Virus record (IMG/VR): IMGVR_UViG_3300045391_006216
Coordinates: 36,097-100,096 of that record
Length of the DNA: 64,000 nt
Source of the DNA: a virus
Strand: one strand, 5' to 3'
A program made the position numbers and the translations under genes. Below the pieces are notes generated by a model. It was not told the origin of the DNA. It saw only the letters and a program-made list of their open reading frames with translations, and ran no database searches. Shown here one piece after another: positions 40,436 to 50,672 of the stretch; within the stretch, counting starts at the first letter, position 1, and each line of letters opens with the position of its first letter.

Positions 40436-41997
40436 GGGTTGTAGGTCAAGGTGCGCTCGCAGTGGCATTTGTTTTATCGGCTAATAAAAATGAGCCTTGG
40501 TTCTTTTATCCAAGAAATATAACCGCAATGGCGCTTGGAGTTAATGCCATTTGTATGCTGCGGGGTATGGGCAAAGAGTACGAGGATATTGAACGCACAG
40601 AAGATACTTTACGGGTATTGAAAGACACCCAAGTAGAAGAACAATTACAATATTTGCAATCTGCTGCCGAATCAAAACTTGCCAACGAACAAGCAGATAA
40701 GTCTATCGAAAGACAGTTAGCCCTGTTGGAACAAACAGCACCAATATTTACTCAGTTGTTGCAACTAACTGGGAAAAATGGGCCAGTGGTGCAGATGGCG
40801 CTGGGCATGGTTCAAAATGGCGCGTCCTTTGGAGATGTACTGACAGCGGTTTCTGATGCTCAAATTCAAATGGAGCAAGCTAAAATCGTCACACAAGCTA
40901 GGCAGTTAGAATTGCAGCAACAGCAAATTATTGCCGCTCAATCAGTTCATCCCCAAAGTACTACGGTATCTATAGCAGCAACATCACAACCCGAACAATC
41001 AGATACAACCACTCAACTACAAAAAGCAGCGGCAGTAGTAGGACTCAAAACTGAATGCTTGAAGATTGATAAAGCACCAAGCTATCAACGATTAATTTTT
41101 AGTCTAAAAACGGTCGATTATCACCTACTACCGAAATGGAAAAAAGCTGCAAAAGTTTCACTGGGTAAAGATGAAGAATTCCCAATGTATATTTTTGGCA
41201 GCGAACAAGTAGGAGTAGAAGTGGGTTTAAATTCCAGCGAGCGCACATTCTATGATTTTCCAACTCGTGACTGGAAACAGGGTGGAAGATTGGTAGTTTT
41301 AGGGCAGTCCCTTGACGGGGAAGTGGTCATCGATTTAGGCAATGAAGATACTCCCCAGGTGTTGGTAGTGGGCACAACTGGCTCTGGTAAGTCAAACTTT
41401 TTACGCTCTGCTGCTTATTGTCTTTTGGTTCAAGGAGCAAGAGTAGACATCTGTGGCGGTAAAGTCAGCGATTATGAAGATTTTGCCGAACGTTTTCCCA
41501 CTATTACCGCCAATGATATGAGCAAGACTTTCGAGTTTGTGGGCGAATACTACATCGAGTGCGATCGCCGCAACTCAATGAGTAAGTCGGAATTAGCTGC
41601 ACAGCAACCCTGGATTCTGCTTATTGATGAGTACAAAGGTACTGTGCCTTTTGACGACAAACTTCGCAAACTTTACGACGACCAACTTTCTGAAGTCACG
41701 CGCAGAGGACGGGGATTAAAAATTCACATAGTTATTGGGTTGCAACACGGTTCCAAGCGTTCTAAAGAAGACCCTCAGGGATTGCCGCCAGACCTAAGAG
41801 CAAATTTACCAGCCCGGATAGCCTTTCGCTGTATTGAAGCGGTTGATGGACGGATGGTATTGCACAAACATGGCGAAGTTGTAACTTCGCTCCAGGGACG
41901 CGGCGATGGCATTATCCAAGCTGGAGCAATTAACACCAGATTTCAAGCTTATAGATTTGACAAAATACCACCTTTAACGGATTACCAACATGATTAA
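40408..41997 (+). CDS. FtsK/SpoIIIE-family ATPase with N-terminal TM segments
   Basis: PQVLVVGTTGSGKS, LLIDE, RRGRGLKIHIVIGLQ, RANLPARIAF, LQGRGDG. Confidence 0.85.
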   Translation: MGKMLFRWLGVVGQGALAVAFVLSANKNEPWFFYPRNITAMALGVNAICMLRGMGKEYEDIERTEDTLRVLKDTQVEEQLQYLQSAAESKLANEQADKSIERQLALLEQTAPIFTQLLQLTGKNGPVVQMALGMVQNGASFGDVLTAVSDAQIQMEQAKIVTQARQLELQQQQIIAAQSVHPQSTTVSIAATSQPEQSDTTTQLQKAAAVVGLKTECLKIDKAPSYQRLIFSLKTVDYHLLPKWKKAAKVSLGKDEEFPMYIFGSEQVGVEVGLNSSERTFYDFPTRDWKQGGRLVVLGQSLDGEVVIDLGNEDTPQVLVVGTTGSGKSNFLRSAAYCLLVQGARVDICGGKVSDYEDFAERFPTITANDMSKTFEFVGEYYIECDRRNSMSKSELAAQQPWILLIDEYKGTVPFDDKLRKLYDDQLSEVTRRGRGLKIHIVIGLQHGSKRSKEDPQGLPPDLRANLPARIAFRCIEAVDGRMVLHKHGEVVTSLQGRGDGIIQAGAINTRFQAYRFDKIPPLTDYQHD

Positions 41998-42346
41998 TTA
42001 CTTAAAAAATTTGAATGATTTTGTTTACAGAAAGTTTTTTCTAAAACCCAATTATTCAACTGCTAAACAAATTAAAAGAATAATTGAATTAAATAGCAAC
42101 ACTAAATTTTCAGACTTCGCTAAATTGAAGTCTGGATATGATAGATTTTCGGATTTAACTTTAGCCAACCTACAAAAAATCTCTCCATCTGAAATATCTA
42201 ATACTGTGAAAGCTTACATGTACGATGAATATTGGCAAGCCAAAGCTTTGAGATGGTATTTACGAGGATTGCCAATTAATTTGGCAATCAAAAAAATTTT
42301 GGTAGATCAAGAAATTTCTTTGAATGCAATGTCAAAAAATAAATAA
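41990..42346 (+). CDS. hypothetical protein
   Basis: ALRWYLRGL motif; operonic. Confidence 0.5.
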   Translation: MINYLKNLNDFVYRKFFLKPNYSTAKQIKRIIELNSNTKFSDFAKLKSGYDRFSDLTLANLQKISPSEISNTVKAYMYDEYWQAKALRWYLRGLPINLAIKKILVDQEISLNAMSKNK

Positions 42347-42978
42347 TGCACCCATCAAGATTTACAGAACTTGCTGGGTTCCCTGAACGCTGGCAAGAAA
42401 AACACTTACAACAGTATTTGGCTGAGCGTCTCCAAGAACAAGGTTACGGAGTCAAGCTAGAAGTCGGCGCAAACGGTGGTCGGGCCGATATCGTTAGCAA
42501 TTGGATGAATGGGGCGATTATTGAGGTTAAAAAATATCTTGACCGCAATACAATTTATCAATCTGTCGGGCAATTAAATCTTTATGGCTTAGGAAATAAA
42601 CGTAAGTTAGTAGTAATGGGTTTTCTAACTCCCGAAGCTAAGGAGCAAAAATCAGCTTTCTCTACCGCTTCGATGGTTCAACAAGATCCCCGTGTAAAGG
42701 TCGTATTTGTTAACCTTGAAAAAGAATGGCAACCGGGATATAAAGCAGCTAATTCTTGGATGAAGTTACAAATCTCTATACTGCCCAAACTTCAAGTTTT
42801 TTCATTTTCGCTTCCGCAATTACCTAAAATCAAATTGCAGTGGTTCTTTGAATTAGTGAAATCCCATCCTGTGTTATTTGCGCTAGCAATTGTGCTGTTG
42901 CTCAGTGCGCTACCAAAACCACAACACAATAATCAGTTCAAACAAAACGGAATTGTCAACCATATTTTTTATGTATAG
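42346..42978 (+). CDS. PD-(D/E)XK nuclease-like protein with C-terminal TM helix
   Basis: EKHLQ..L...GRADIV...IIEVK...GQL..Y. Confidence 0.6.
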   Translation: MHPSRFTELAGFPERWQEKHLQQYLAERLQEQGYGVKLEVGANGGRADIVSNWMNGAIIEVKKYLDRNTIYQSVGQLNLYGLGNKRKLVVMGFLTPEAKEQKSAFSTASMVQQDPRVKVVFVNLEKEWQPGYKAANSWMKLQISILPKLQVFSFSLPQLPKIKLQWFFELVKSHPVLFALAIVLLLSALPKPQHNNQFKQNGIVNHIFYV

Positions 42979-43150
42979 TAGCGAGCGCAACATATTGCCC
43001 GTTGAATTAATTTCTGAGCCAGAGTTAGAAGTGGAAAAATCCTATGCAGATTTAGAATTTGAGGGTGACAAACAGGACAATAATCAAAGCGATGGGCTAG
43101 AAAACTCTGTTTACAATTTGAATGAACTTCTTGATTCTGTATGAAAAATA

Positions 43151-43588
43151 ATGTTAGCTACTGAATCTCAAACTGAAACACTATTTTGGCTATCTGGCAG
43201 GGGTGTTGGTAAAGCCCGCCCCCGGACTAACTGGCGAACAGGAATGATTTACACTGCCGAAAAATATGGAACTTGGAAAGAAAACGCCATAAGTGCGATT
43301 ACGATTCAAATGCGAAATTATCCACCAGCACCAGTGCCTTGTCGTGTTGAATGCCAATTTATTAATTTTTTTAGCAGTGACGCTGACAACCTCCAAGGCT
43401 CAGTTTTAGACGCCTTGGTGCAAGCTAATTACTTAGAAAATGATTCGTCTAGCTTTGTCTCAAGTTGCTCTGGAACATTTTTTAAAGTCCGTAAAAAACA
43501 CAATCAACCAAAGCTACAGGGAATTTTGGTGAAAGTCACTCCAGCAGAAATTGAATTTCTGGAGTTAAATCGCTTTGTTTTGACCTAG
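43151..43588 (+). CDS. rusA: RusA-family Holliday junction resolvase
   Basis: KARPR...DADNL...LDALV.....DS motif. Confidence 0.7.
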   Translation: MLATESQTETLFWLSGRGVGKARPRTNWRTGMIYTAEKYGTWKENAISAITIQMRNYPPAPVPCRVECQFINFFSSDADNLQGSVLDALVQANYLENDSSSFVSSCSGTFFKVRKKHNQPKLQGILVKVTPAEIEFLELNRFVLT

Positions 43589-43631
43589 AAGTATATGTAA
43601 ACTTAGTATTGATTTTGCTAAGATAATTCTG

Positions 43632-43877
43632 TTGCAGACTGGTAATGGTATGGCAGTGTTGAAGATGGGAGCGCCCAGGACTATCAAGCCAGAGCGCGTT
43701 AAAGAATTAATAAAAGAAGCAGAAGCCCAAAAGCGAGATTGGTCTTATCCAGAACTCGCTAGGATTCTTTCCGAGGAAACGGGCAAGGAAATTAAGCCCG
43801 ACGCAGTCAGTAAATGCGCCAGATTTAACGGGATAGTTTTACCAAAATTGTCTGGGCGCAAACCTCCTAAAAGTTGA
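43632..43877 (+). CDS. small HTH protein
   Basis: GAPRTI...WSYPELARIL. Confidence 0.45.
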   Translation: MQTGNGMAVLKMGAPRTIKPERVKELIKEAEAQKRDWSYPELARILSEETGKEIKPDAVSKCARFNGIVLPKLSGRKPPKS

Positions 43878-43971
43878 TCCGCGATCCGATCCGCTGATCC
43901 GATAAAATCTCAAATTCTGGGCATTTTGGCGCGTGCGCGGATCTAAGGCAGTTAAAATTAATATTGTAATA

Positions 43972-44006
43972 AAAAATACCTCAGTGCTAGCCACTGGGGT
44001 ATTTTT
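43972..44006. terminator. bidirectional intrinsic terminator
   Basis: AAAAATACCTCAGTG / CACTGGGGTATTTTT. Confidence 0.65.
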
Positions 44007-44143
44007 GTGTATCTATATATATGCAATTTATAATTGTAAACTTTTGTAAACTTATGCTTGATTCTTAGATAAAACTGCTAAGTTAGTAATGTGAAATAAA
44101 TAAATTTGAGGTGAATAAAAAAGTAGAAATTAAATAGTATTAA

Positions 44144-44686
44144 TTGCTTGCATAAGTACGCTCGCAAGCAACATTTAGTCGTATTGGTTGAAGTAGCCAA
44201 GTGAGTTTCATTCCTTGGTAAAAGTGGCAACCAAAAATACAACCACAGCACACAGTAATGTGAATACAGCCTATCTCACTACACTACATACTGCGTAGTA
44301 AGTCAATGCGATCGCTAACCATACAAGGTTAGTTGTGACAGATCGTGCTGCCTTAAGACGGGTAAAAGTAGCGGTGGTCAGATGACCTATGCTTTACGGT
44401 AAGCATAACCATGCCATAGCTATATGCTATAAGTATTTAGGCGTTGCACTTAGAACTACTGACGACAAAGTTTATATACTTTGTAGGGTTGTAAGGTAGG
44501 TAGGGTTGAGTAGTTTTGAGTTTACCGTATCCACCAATAAATCAGCTTTGCTATTCCTTTTATTGGGGTATTAAGTTAGCGGCTTAATACCCCAATCTTC
44601 ATATCAGAAAGTTACACCTATGAACGCCATAGTCTGTAGCTTCACTGCTACGAAACAAAGACTACACAATAAAAGGATAGCACGTT
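44144..44686 (+). ncRNA. candidate large structured ncRNA / 5' leader
   Basis: No ORF of 60 aa or more; at least 9 stems including G-U pairs; the last stem pairs over the RBS of ORF 44687. Confidence 0.5.
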
Positions 44687-45508
44687 ATGGCAAGCTTACT
44701 CATCACAAAAGCCGATGATAAAAACAATACTATTGTCACCATCAATGGTAAGGGTGTATTTTATCAGGAATTGAGATTAGGCGATCGCCCAATGTCAGCA
44801 CGGGTACGCCTTGGAAAACTCGTTGTAGTCGATGACGAGATCGTTGTTGAATTCGATGCTTGGTGCGAGTATGACGCGCTTTTAGCCGAACGCAACACTT
44901 TAGAAAAGACTCGCAACGCCGCTAAAGACGTTATCAAGTCTCTAGAAGGAGATGCAGTTAGTCGCAAGCAGACCGAGATCGAACAGCTAACAGGTGCGAT
45001 CGCACGACTAGAAAAGCGTATCAACGAACACCCTATTAGACAACTAACTGTGCTGAATGCAAAGGTAATGTCAGCAGTTGATAAGATGCTGGATAAAGTA
45101 CGGCATCGCCATAAAAGCATCGAAACTACTGATAAAACAGTACAATTTACACATCACCCCAGCAAAGAATATTTCTTAGAGAAACAGGCTACCGAACTGT
45201 TGACTCGACACAATGAAAAGCTAGAGTCTAGGGGAATTGATGAGGGCTATCTGGATTTTGATGCATCAATGGAAATTGTTACAAAACGCTTTGCGAAAGT
45301 AGAGAAAAAAGCGCCTACGCCTAAGCCTGACGTTGCTTTGACTAAGGTGTTAGTTGATGACTTGGAATCCTCAATTGACAAAGCAGGGCATCTGAAAAGA
45401 CTTGATAGCAACCAAGTTAACGCTTTAGCTAAACACTATCAAGTTAGTGGTTCAAAAGCTGCTAAAATTGCAGCGATCGCAAAATTGTTCGTACCAGCTA
45501 CGGTTTAA
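44687..45508 (+). CDS. hypothetical protein, first gene after the structured leader
   Basis: 273-aa ORF with AAGGA RBS; coiled coil and K/A-rich C-terminus. Confidence 0.65.
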   Translation: MASLLITKADDKNNTIVTINGKGVFYQELRLGDRPMSARVRLGKLVVVDDEIVVEFDAWCEYDALLAERNTLEKTRNAAKDVIKSLEGDAVSRKQTEIEQLTGAIARLEKRINEHPIRQLTVLNAKVMSAVDKMLDKVRHRHKSIETTDKTVQFTHHPSKEYFLEKQATELLTRHNEKLESRGIDEGYLDFDASMEIVTKRFAKVEKKAPTPKPDVALTKVLVDDLESSIDKAGHLKRLDSNQVNALAKHYQVSGSKAAKIAAIAKLFVPATV

Positions 45509-45562
45509 TGTCCATCCTCTGCATCCTGGGGTGGGGACACCCCAGTTACTAAATATTCAACC

Positions 45563-46150
45563 ATGCAAAATATTACAGCTTTGAAAGCTGCTGACGGTAA
45601 GATTCAGCAGCGCGTTACCGTGCGCCATACCCCAGGTATGAATGCAGATATGTCAATCGATGCAAGGCAGGCAATTACGCCCAAAAAGCAGCACGTTAAG
45701 GACGTGAAAACGTCCAAGAGTACTGCTAATGGGCAATACTCCAAGGAAGCATCAACCTTTACCCGGTACAGGGTAGTGTTTTATAAATACCTGCCTAACC
45801 AGGTATTTCGTAGAGATTGCAAGACGGGTTTAGAAGTTCCAATCTTAGAGAAAATTGAGGGTGAGTGGTTCCCTTGTGAAGGTGTCACACTTACCCAGAA
45901 TGAGATTAATCAAATGCGCCCGTTTACTGGGGCGGCGGGGCTTGACGTTGACGGGACTATTGCCCGTAAGCGTCCCCTACCAAGTGCATCCAAGGGCACA
46001 GCTAACTATGGGAGTAGTTATACGTATAGATGCCGTCAAGATAACGATCCGATGGCAAATAGACGACAACATCGTAAGGATAAAAAGCAGGCTTCAAAGA
46101 TGCGATCGCTGATTGCATCTGTACAGATTGAGAATGTCAAGCGTAAGTAA
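45563..46150 (+). CDS. basic hypothetical protein
   Basis: 195-aa ORF. Confidence 0.55.
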   Translation: MQNITALKAADGKIQQRVTVRHTPGMNADMSIDARQAITPKKQHVKDVKTSKSTANGQYSKEASTFTRYRVVFYKYLPNQVFRRDCKTGLEVPILEKIEGEWFPCEGVTLTQNEINQMRPFTGAAGLDVDGTIARKRPLPSASKGTANYGSSYTYRCRQDNDPMANRRQHRKDKKQASKMRSLIASVQIENVKRK

Positions 46151-46151
46151 T

Positions 46152-46298
46152 CATGTCTGCATTCCCCTTCAAAATTTCATGCGATCGCCAAAACAATATG
46201 ATGCGATCGCCCTTGACTATCGCCAAATGGCAGCAAGCTTAGACTTGTTGCCAAATCAAGTACAAGCAATAACTTGGCTCGTTTGGAGGCAAAGATAA
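46152..46298 (+). pseudogene. C-terminal fragment of a phage 'QAITW..WR' family protein
   Basis: Y.....A..L.L.P.QVQAITW..WR motif with no N-terminal part. Confidence 0.4.
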
Positions 46299-46857
46299 TG
46301 TCTAGAAAATTTCTCTCAATCTCTGATTCGCAGGGTGCATACTGCGATATTTGTCGCGGTAAGGGATATGGGGCGCAAACCGCTAACTACTGCGTTAAGT
46401 ATGAAACGGATACAGCAGATCCCCCGTTTCACATCCGACATGGTAGCTGGTGTAGTGCTTGTGCTGCTGATGCGCTCGCACTTTTAGGTGGAACGGATAA
46501 AGATTTTCGCTTTGGAAGAGGGGGTTTCCAAGGCAATTCGTATTTTTGAGTCCTTTTTTGGATTTTCATGCTGTTGCCGATGGGCTTTCTGTTCCAATGA
46601 ATATAATATAGGGTGTGTATTTAGAAACAATTTAGGAACAACAGGAACAAGCATTGAGCAACAATAACAATCTTCGACCCCGCGAACCTTTTCGCGGACA
46701 AACAAAAAAGCGGCGCACCGTCGCCCTTACAGATGATGCCTGGACTGCATGGGGGGAAATAGCAGGCATTTTAAGCTGCTCCAAACAAGAGGCAATGGAG
46801 CGTATTGCTCGCAAAGAATTATCTAGCGAGGAATACAAAAAAATTTCCTCTTATCTA

Positions 46858-46887
46858 TTGACATCATCAATATAGGTAGTCTATATT
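46858..46887 (+). promoter_or_regulatory. sigma70-type promoter
   Basis: TTGACA-N18-TATATT, with an AAGGAG RBS upstream of ORF 46915. Confidence 0.55.
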
Positions 46888-46914
46888 GAAAACGTAAAGA
46901 AAAAGGAGACCGCA

Positions 46915-47358
46915 ATGATTACTCTAAGCCAACCAGTGAAAATTTCAAGATTCAATCCAGGCTCAATCTTCTTTTCGATTTTCGGAGGAAGCAATGGGCG
47001 AGCCGATGCCACATATGGTGACTACATATGTCGGGCAAAACGCGAACCAGATTGGATTTTGAAAAATAAATGCAAGATGCTAGGTCTACATCCTGAAAAG
47101 GATGTAGAAATAGTTGAATACAATGACTACAACTATGTAGTCATAAAAAGCCCGGAGGCATTGTTCAGGAAGCATCCTGAATTTCAGAAATGGTATGAGA
47201 GTTTGAGAAGATTCCCCAATGGGGGTTTGGGGTATGATTATGCCTCCTTCGATTTTGTCTCTATGCGAGACAAGGTAGGGGAACAAGGCGACGCAAAACA
47301 TTTAGCGAAATTTTTAATCCCTACTTGGCTTTTGTCAATCAATGTTGTCAAGTTCTAA
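46915..47358 (+). CDS. hypothetical protein
   Basis: Strong RBS and promoter. Confidence 0.6.
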   Translation: MITLSQPVKISRFNPGSIFFSIFGGSNGRADATYGDYICRAKREPDWILKNKCKMLGLHPEKDVEIVEYNDYNYVVIKSPEALFRKHPEFQKWYESLRRFPNGGLGYDYASFDFVSMRDKVGEQGDAKHLAKFLIPTWLLSINVVKF

Positions 47359-47406
47359 TGCCCGTCTTGGGGAACGCCTCATTGCCCAAGACGGGCAGCG
47401 TAAAAA

Positions 47407-47802
47407 ATGCAAAAGATAGTGACAAAAGTTGAGATGAAAATGATAAAAATTCTTAGTGAATTAGCCGAACAATTCATTTCTTCATTATCAAATGAAGAAA
47501 AAAAAGACCTTGAACAGTTTCCTCAAGATTGGGATGCTCAAGGATGGAAGAGGATGTTTGCATCAAAAATAGACATTGTGAAATTGTCTATTTACGACAT
47601 TGAGGAAATCGAGAGAGATAACATGGTTCTTCCTGAAGAAATTCAGGAAGCTATCCACCACTTCAGTCAATTCAAAGAGCATGAGTTCAGTGAAGTGGAG
47701 GTTGTATTCCCCCGCAACTACAAGCCATCTGCGCCTCTTCCAGATGCAGATGAATACAGATGGATATACCCGATTCAGTATTGGGTCGCTCAATCTCAAT
47801 AA
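47407..47802 (+). CDS. hypothetical protein
   Basis: ORF track. Confidence 0.5.
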   Translation: MQKIVTKVEMKMIKILSELAEQFISSLSNEEKKDLEQFPQDWDAQGWKRMFASKIDIVKLSIYDIEEIERDNMVLPEEIQEAIHHFSQFKEHEFSEVEVVFPRNYKPSAPLPDADEYRWIYPIQYWVAQSQ

Positions 47803-48269
47803 GAAAAGAAGGAAGAAATAATTTGGAGCGATCGCAATAAGTCTGATGCTGCTTCATCAAATGAGGTGCGATCGCATTGTCAGATAAAAATCAGAGGATA
47901 AATATCATGAAAGTTGAAATGCCAAATCTATCGAGCAAGTGTCAGAGTTTAACGAATATGCCCTCTGATTGGGGGGTAGAAAAAGACAAATTCGGAAGGA
48001 TAGTTGCGGTAATTGTTCCAACTCCAGAAGGAGGATGGAATAAAGAAATAGCTATCGAGATGCAACAAAATTTACCGCCATCTGGTACATATGGCAGCTG
48101 GTATCACATAAGGAGCAGAGTTGTCCGGGCACTTTCTCAAACACGTCTGACAGGTAAGGAATACCGCGCACCACGCAAAAATACAGATCCTACTACCTCA
48201 ATCACTAGCTATAGCTATCCTGGCTCACCAGATTAATGATTTCTTGCCTAATTTACAGAGGAGAAAACG

Positions 48270-48791
48270 ATGTCACACATAAACCTAAAAGGATTTAAAA
48301 AAATTTCTTGGTACGAACACAACGCAAACACGCCTCTGCCAAGAAAATTAACCAGAAGACAGCAACGAACCATTAAACGAATAGTTGAACAGGACAAAAA
48401 AATTAAATTAGTAAAGTTTGGAGAACACCTTCCCCAAACATTAACGTGTCAGTGTTGGGATGAAAAAGGAAAAGCCTACGTTTTTTCTTGGTATCTACCA
48501 ATAAAAACTGAGAGGTATCTTGGAGATAATGACGAATACCTTGTGTACGAAGGAGACGATTGTCTTCGGTACAATATTGAAGAGTTTGAAAAGTTGTCGT
48601 GCAAGTCACCGTTCCATCCCCTAAACCCCTTCTACGAGCAAGGGTTGATATCGGGTTCTTTCTCATGGGACGAGATTGAATCCGGGGAATGTGACATGCC
48701 AGACCCCGATCCTAATTGGTCGGATGAACAAAAAGAAGTTTTTCTTGAAGGGCAACAAATTGCCTATACAAACTCTTGTCTGGATGTTTGA
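48270..48791 (+). CDS. hypothetical protein with acidic C-terminus
   Basis: GAGGAG RBS. Confidence 0.55.
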   Translation: MSHINLKGFKKISWYEHNANTPLPRKLTRRQQRTIKRIVEQDKKIKLVKFGEHLPQTLTCQCWDEKGKAYVFSWYLPIKTERYLGDNDEYLVYEGDDCLRYNIEEFEKLSCKSPFHPLNPFYEQGLISGSFSWDEIESGECDMPDPDPNWSDEQKEVFLEGQQIAYTNSCLDV

Positions 48792-48875
48792 AGCAATCGC
48801 GCTTCAACATAAATCTGGATGCAATCTCCAGGCGACCACCTTTCACGAAAATCACCTGTGATTTACTTATAAGAA

Positions 48876-49289
48876 GTGAGAATGCTAACACTAATTAATG
48901 AAAATTCAAACTTTCCTTACAACTTCATCGTTTGGTTGGCAAATCAATCCCAAAGCAAGTACATGGGATTGTTTGCTCAAACTAAAAACGCCTATGAAAA
49001 AGAGGCGATTGTGTTTCAGACAATTCGGGTGATTGCCCAAAACCACCAAAACAAATTGCCTCCGTACTCAAAATTAAATCTTCACCTTGATAGTTCGTTA
49101 ACGCAAAATCGAGAAGCCTTCAATTGGTTAGTTGAAAATAAGTATCTGTATTTGGTGGAAGCTGAATTGATTGATGTTACCCATCTGTTGTTGGCGAGGT
49201 TGATCGTCCATTTTTTACAAGATATGCCCGTCTTGCCAGTGGCAAAAGAACATTTAGCGATACACAGGCAGCAAGATCAAGATATCTAG
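48876..49289 (+). CDS. hypothetical protein
   Basis: ORF track. Confidence 0.45.
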   Translation: MRMLTLINENSNFPYNFIVWLANQSQSKYMGLFAQTKNAYEKEAIVFQTIRVIAQNHQNKLPPYSKLNLHLDSSLTQNREAFNWLVENKYLYLVEAELIDVTHLLLARLIVHFLQDMPVLPVAKEHLAIHRQQDQDI

Positions 49290-49353
49290 TTGAAAACAAA
49301 TCATTTGCAAGCGATCGCACTTAAGCGATCGCTTTTTTCATGCAAGGACAATT

Positions 49354-49746
49354 ATGCCACCACTCGAAATTCAAACCTGTGACGGATATACGTTACAGCT
49401 AACCACAGACCAACAACTTTATATAGCTGGGGGATACATAATTTTTGAAGTAAATAGCTTGATTTATTCGGATAGAGAACCGGATTGGGACGGATATCTT
49501 GTTTGCCCAGACATGGGCGTAGATTTCAAGGTGACTATTCCTGCGCCAACAAGCGAAACTGAATTCTTAGAGAAAAGAATACCAGGACAATTTAGTGCCA
49601 GTGACCGATGGATATATTTCTTGAGTGAAGACCACACTTGTTATGAAGGCGATACTGATTTTACTGTCCAAGAAATCAAAAATGCGCACGCTACAAACGT
49701 CCTGCCTGATGGACGCACTTTTGAAGTTCTAACTTGGGTGGTGTAA
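49354..49746 (+). CDS. acidic hypothetical protein
   Basis: AAGGA RBS. Confidence 0.5.
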   Translation: MPPLEIQTCDGYTLQLTTDQQLYIAGGYIIFEVNSLIYSDREPDWDGYLVCPDMGVDFKVTIPAPTSETEFLEKRIPGQFSASDRWIYFLSEDHTCYEGDTDFTVQEIKNAHATNVLPDGRTFEVLTWVV

Positions 49747-50255
49747 TGAATAATTCAAGAGAATTTCTTGACCCAAAAAACTGGGGTACACCGCGCTGGA
49801 AAACAGCGATTAGAAGACCAAAACTATCTTTACCAATGCGAAATGCTTTAGATTCTGGCAAGCTTCCTACTGGTGATTGGCTTGATATTGGGTGCGGTCA
49901 TGGCGAAGATGTGGAACGATTACCAACATCCTACAACACTGTTGGTTTTGACCCATATTACAGACCCAATTTTGAGTTGTTAGATAGCACTTATCCGATA
50001 ACTAGCTTGCTTTATGTTCTGAATGTGATTGAGTGCGATGAAGACCGCGATCGCACTTTACAATTTGCATTTTCACTATGTATAAAAGCACTGGTAATAG
50101 CAGTGCGTACCGATAAAAAAGAATCTGGAATTACCAGTATTGGTACGTTCCAAAAGTATTATACACGCAAAGAATTTATCAACTACGCACAATCTCAATG
50201 TTGTGGTGGGAGAGTGATTGATATTGGCTCAGGTCATGTAATTGTTTTGAGGTGA
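49746..50255 (+). CDS. SAM-dependent methyltransferase resembling DNA phosphorothioation-associated methyltransferases
   Basis: KTAIRR..LS.P, LDIGCGHGED, GFDPYYRP, YVLNVIE, GTFQKYY. Confidence 0.7.
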   Translation: MNNSREFLDPKNWGTPRWKTAIRRPKLSLPMRNALDSGKLPTGDWLDIGCGHGEDVERLPTSYNTVGFDPYYRPNFELLDSTYPITSLLYVLNVIECDEDRDRTLQFAFSLCIKALVIAVRTDKKESGITSIGTFQKYYTRKEFINYAQSQCCGGRVIDIGSGHVIVLR

Positions 50256-50604
50256 ATATGGAAGTCATTAAGCAAAGAAGTTGTAAAAGTTGGTGCTGTA
50301 ATTGGTTTTTCAAAACCTACTTAATTAGGTTTACGATTCAGTATCACCATATCAGATTTTTAACTTTTGAGTGGAGATTGCCAGGGAAAACAATCCTTCA
50401 TTACCTGCATTGGTGCGGATATGAAAAGTTAGACTTTAGCCCTAATTTTAGAGATAAAGAGAGCTACGAATTTTCTATATACTTGCTTTTTTTTGAATTG
50501 CTACTCACAACCGAAGGTAAGTATTTCAGAAAGCACATCTAATTTTTTGTACTTGGATATGCTGACCGAAATCAATTGCTATAAATTTTTGAGTCATTCA
50601 ACAG

Positions 50605-50630
50605 GACGGGTTAACGCCCGTCTTTTTTTT
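50605..50630 (+). terminator. intrinsic terminator
   Basis: GACGGG-loop-CCCGTC + T8. Confidence 0.6.
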
Positions 50631-50672
50631 GTGACCAAAAGTTGTCACGATGTCGTTTATTAGGTACTAGCT

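Noticed and set aside
44618-44665. Hammerhead ribozyme (stem followed by GAAAC)
   Set aside because: The conserved CUGANGA core is not present at the required position
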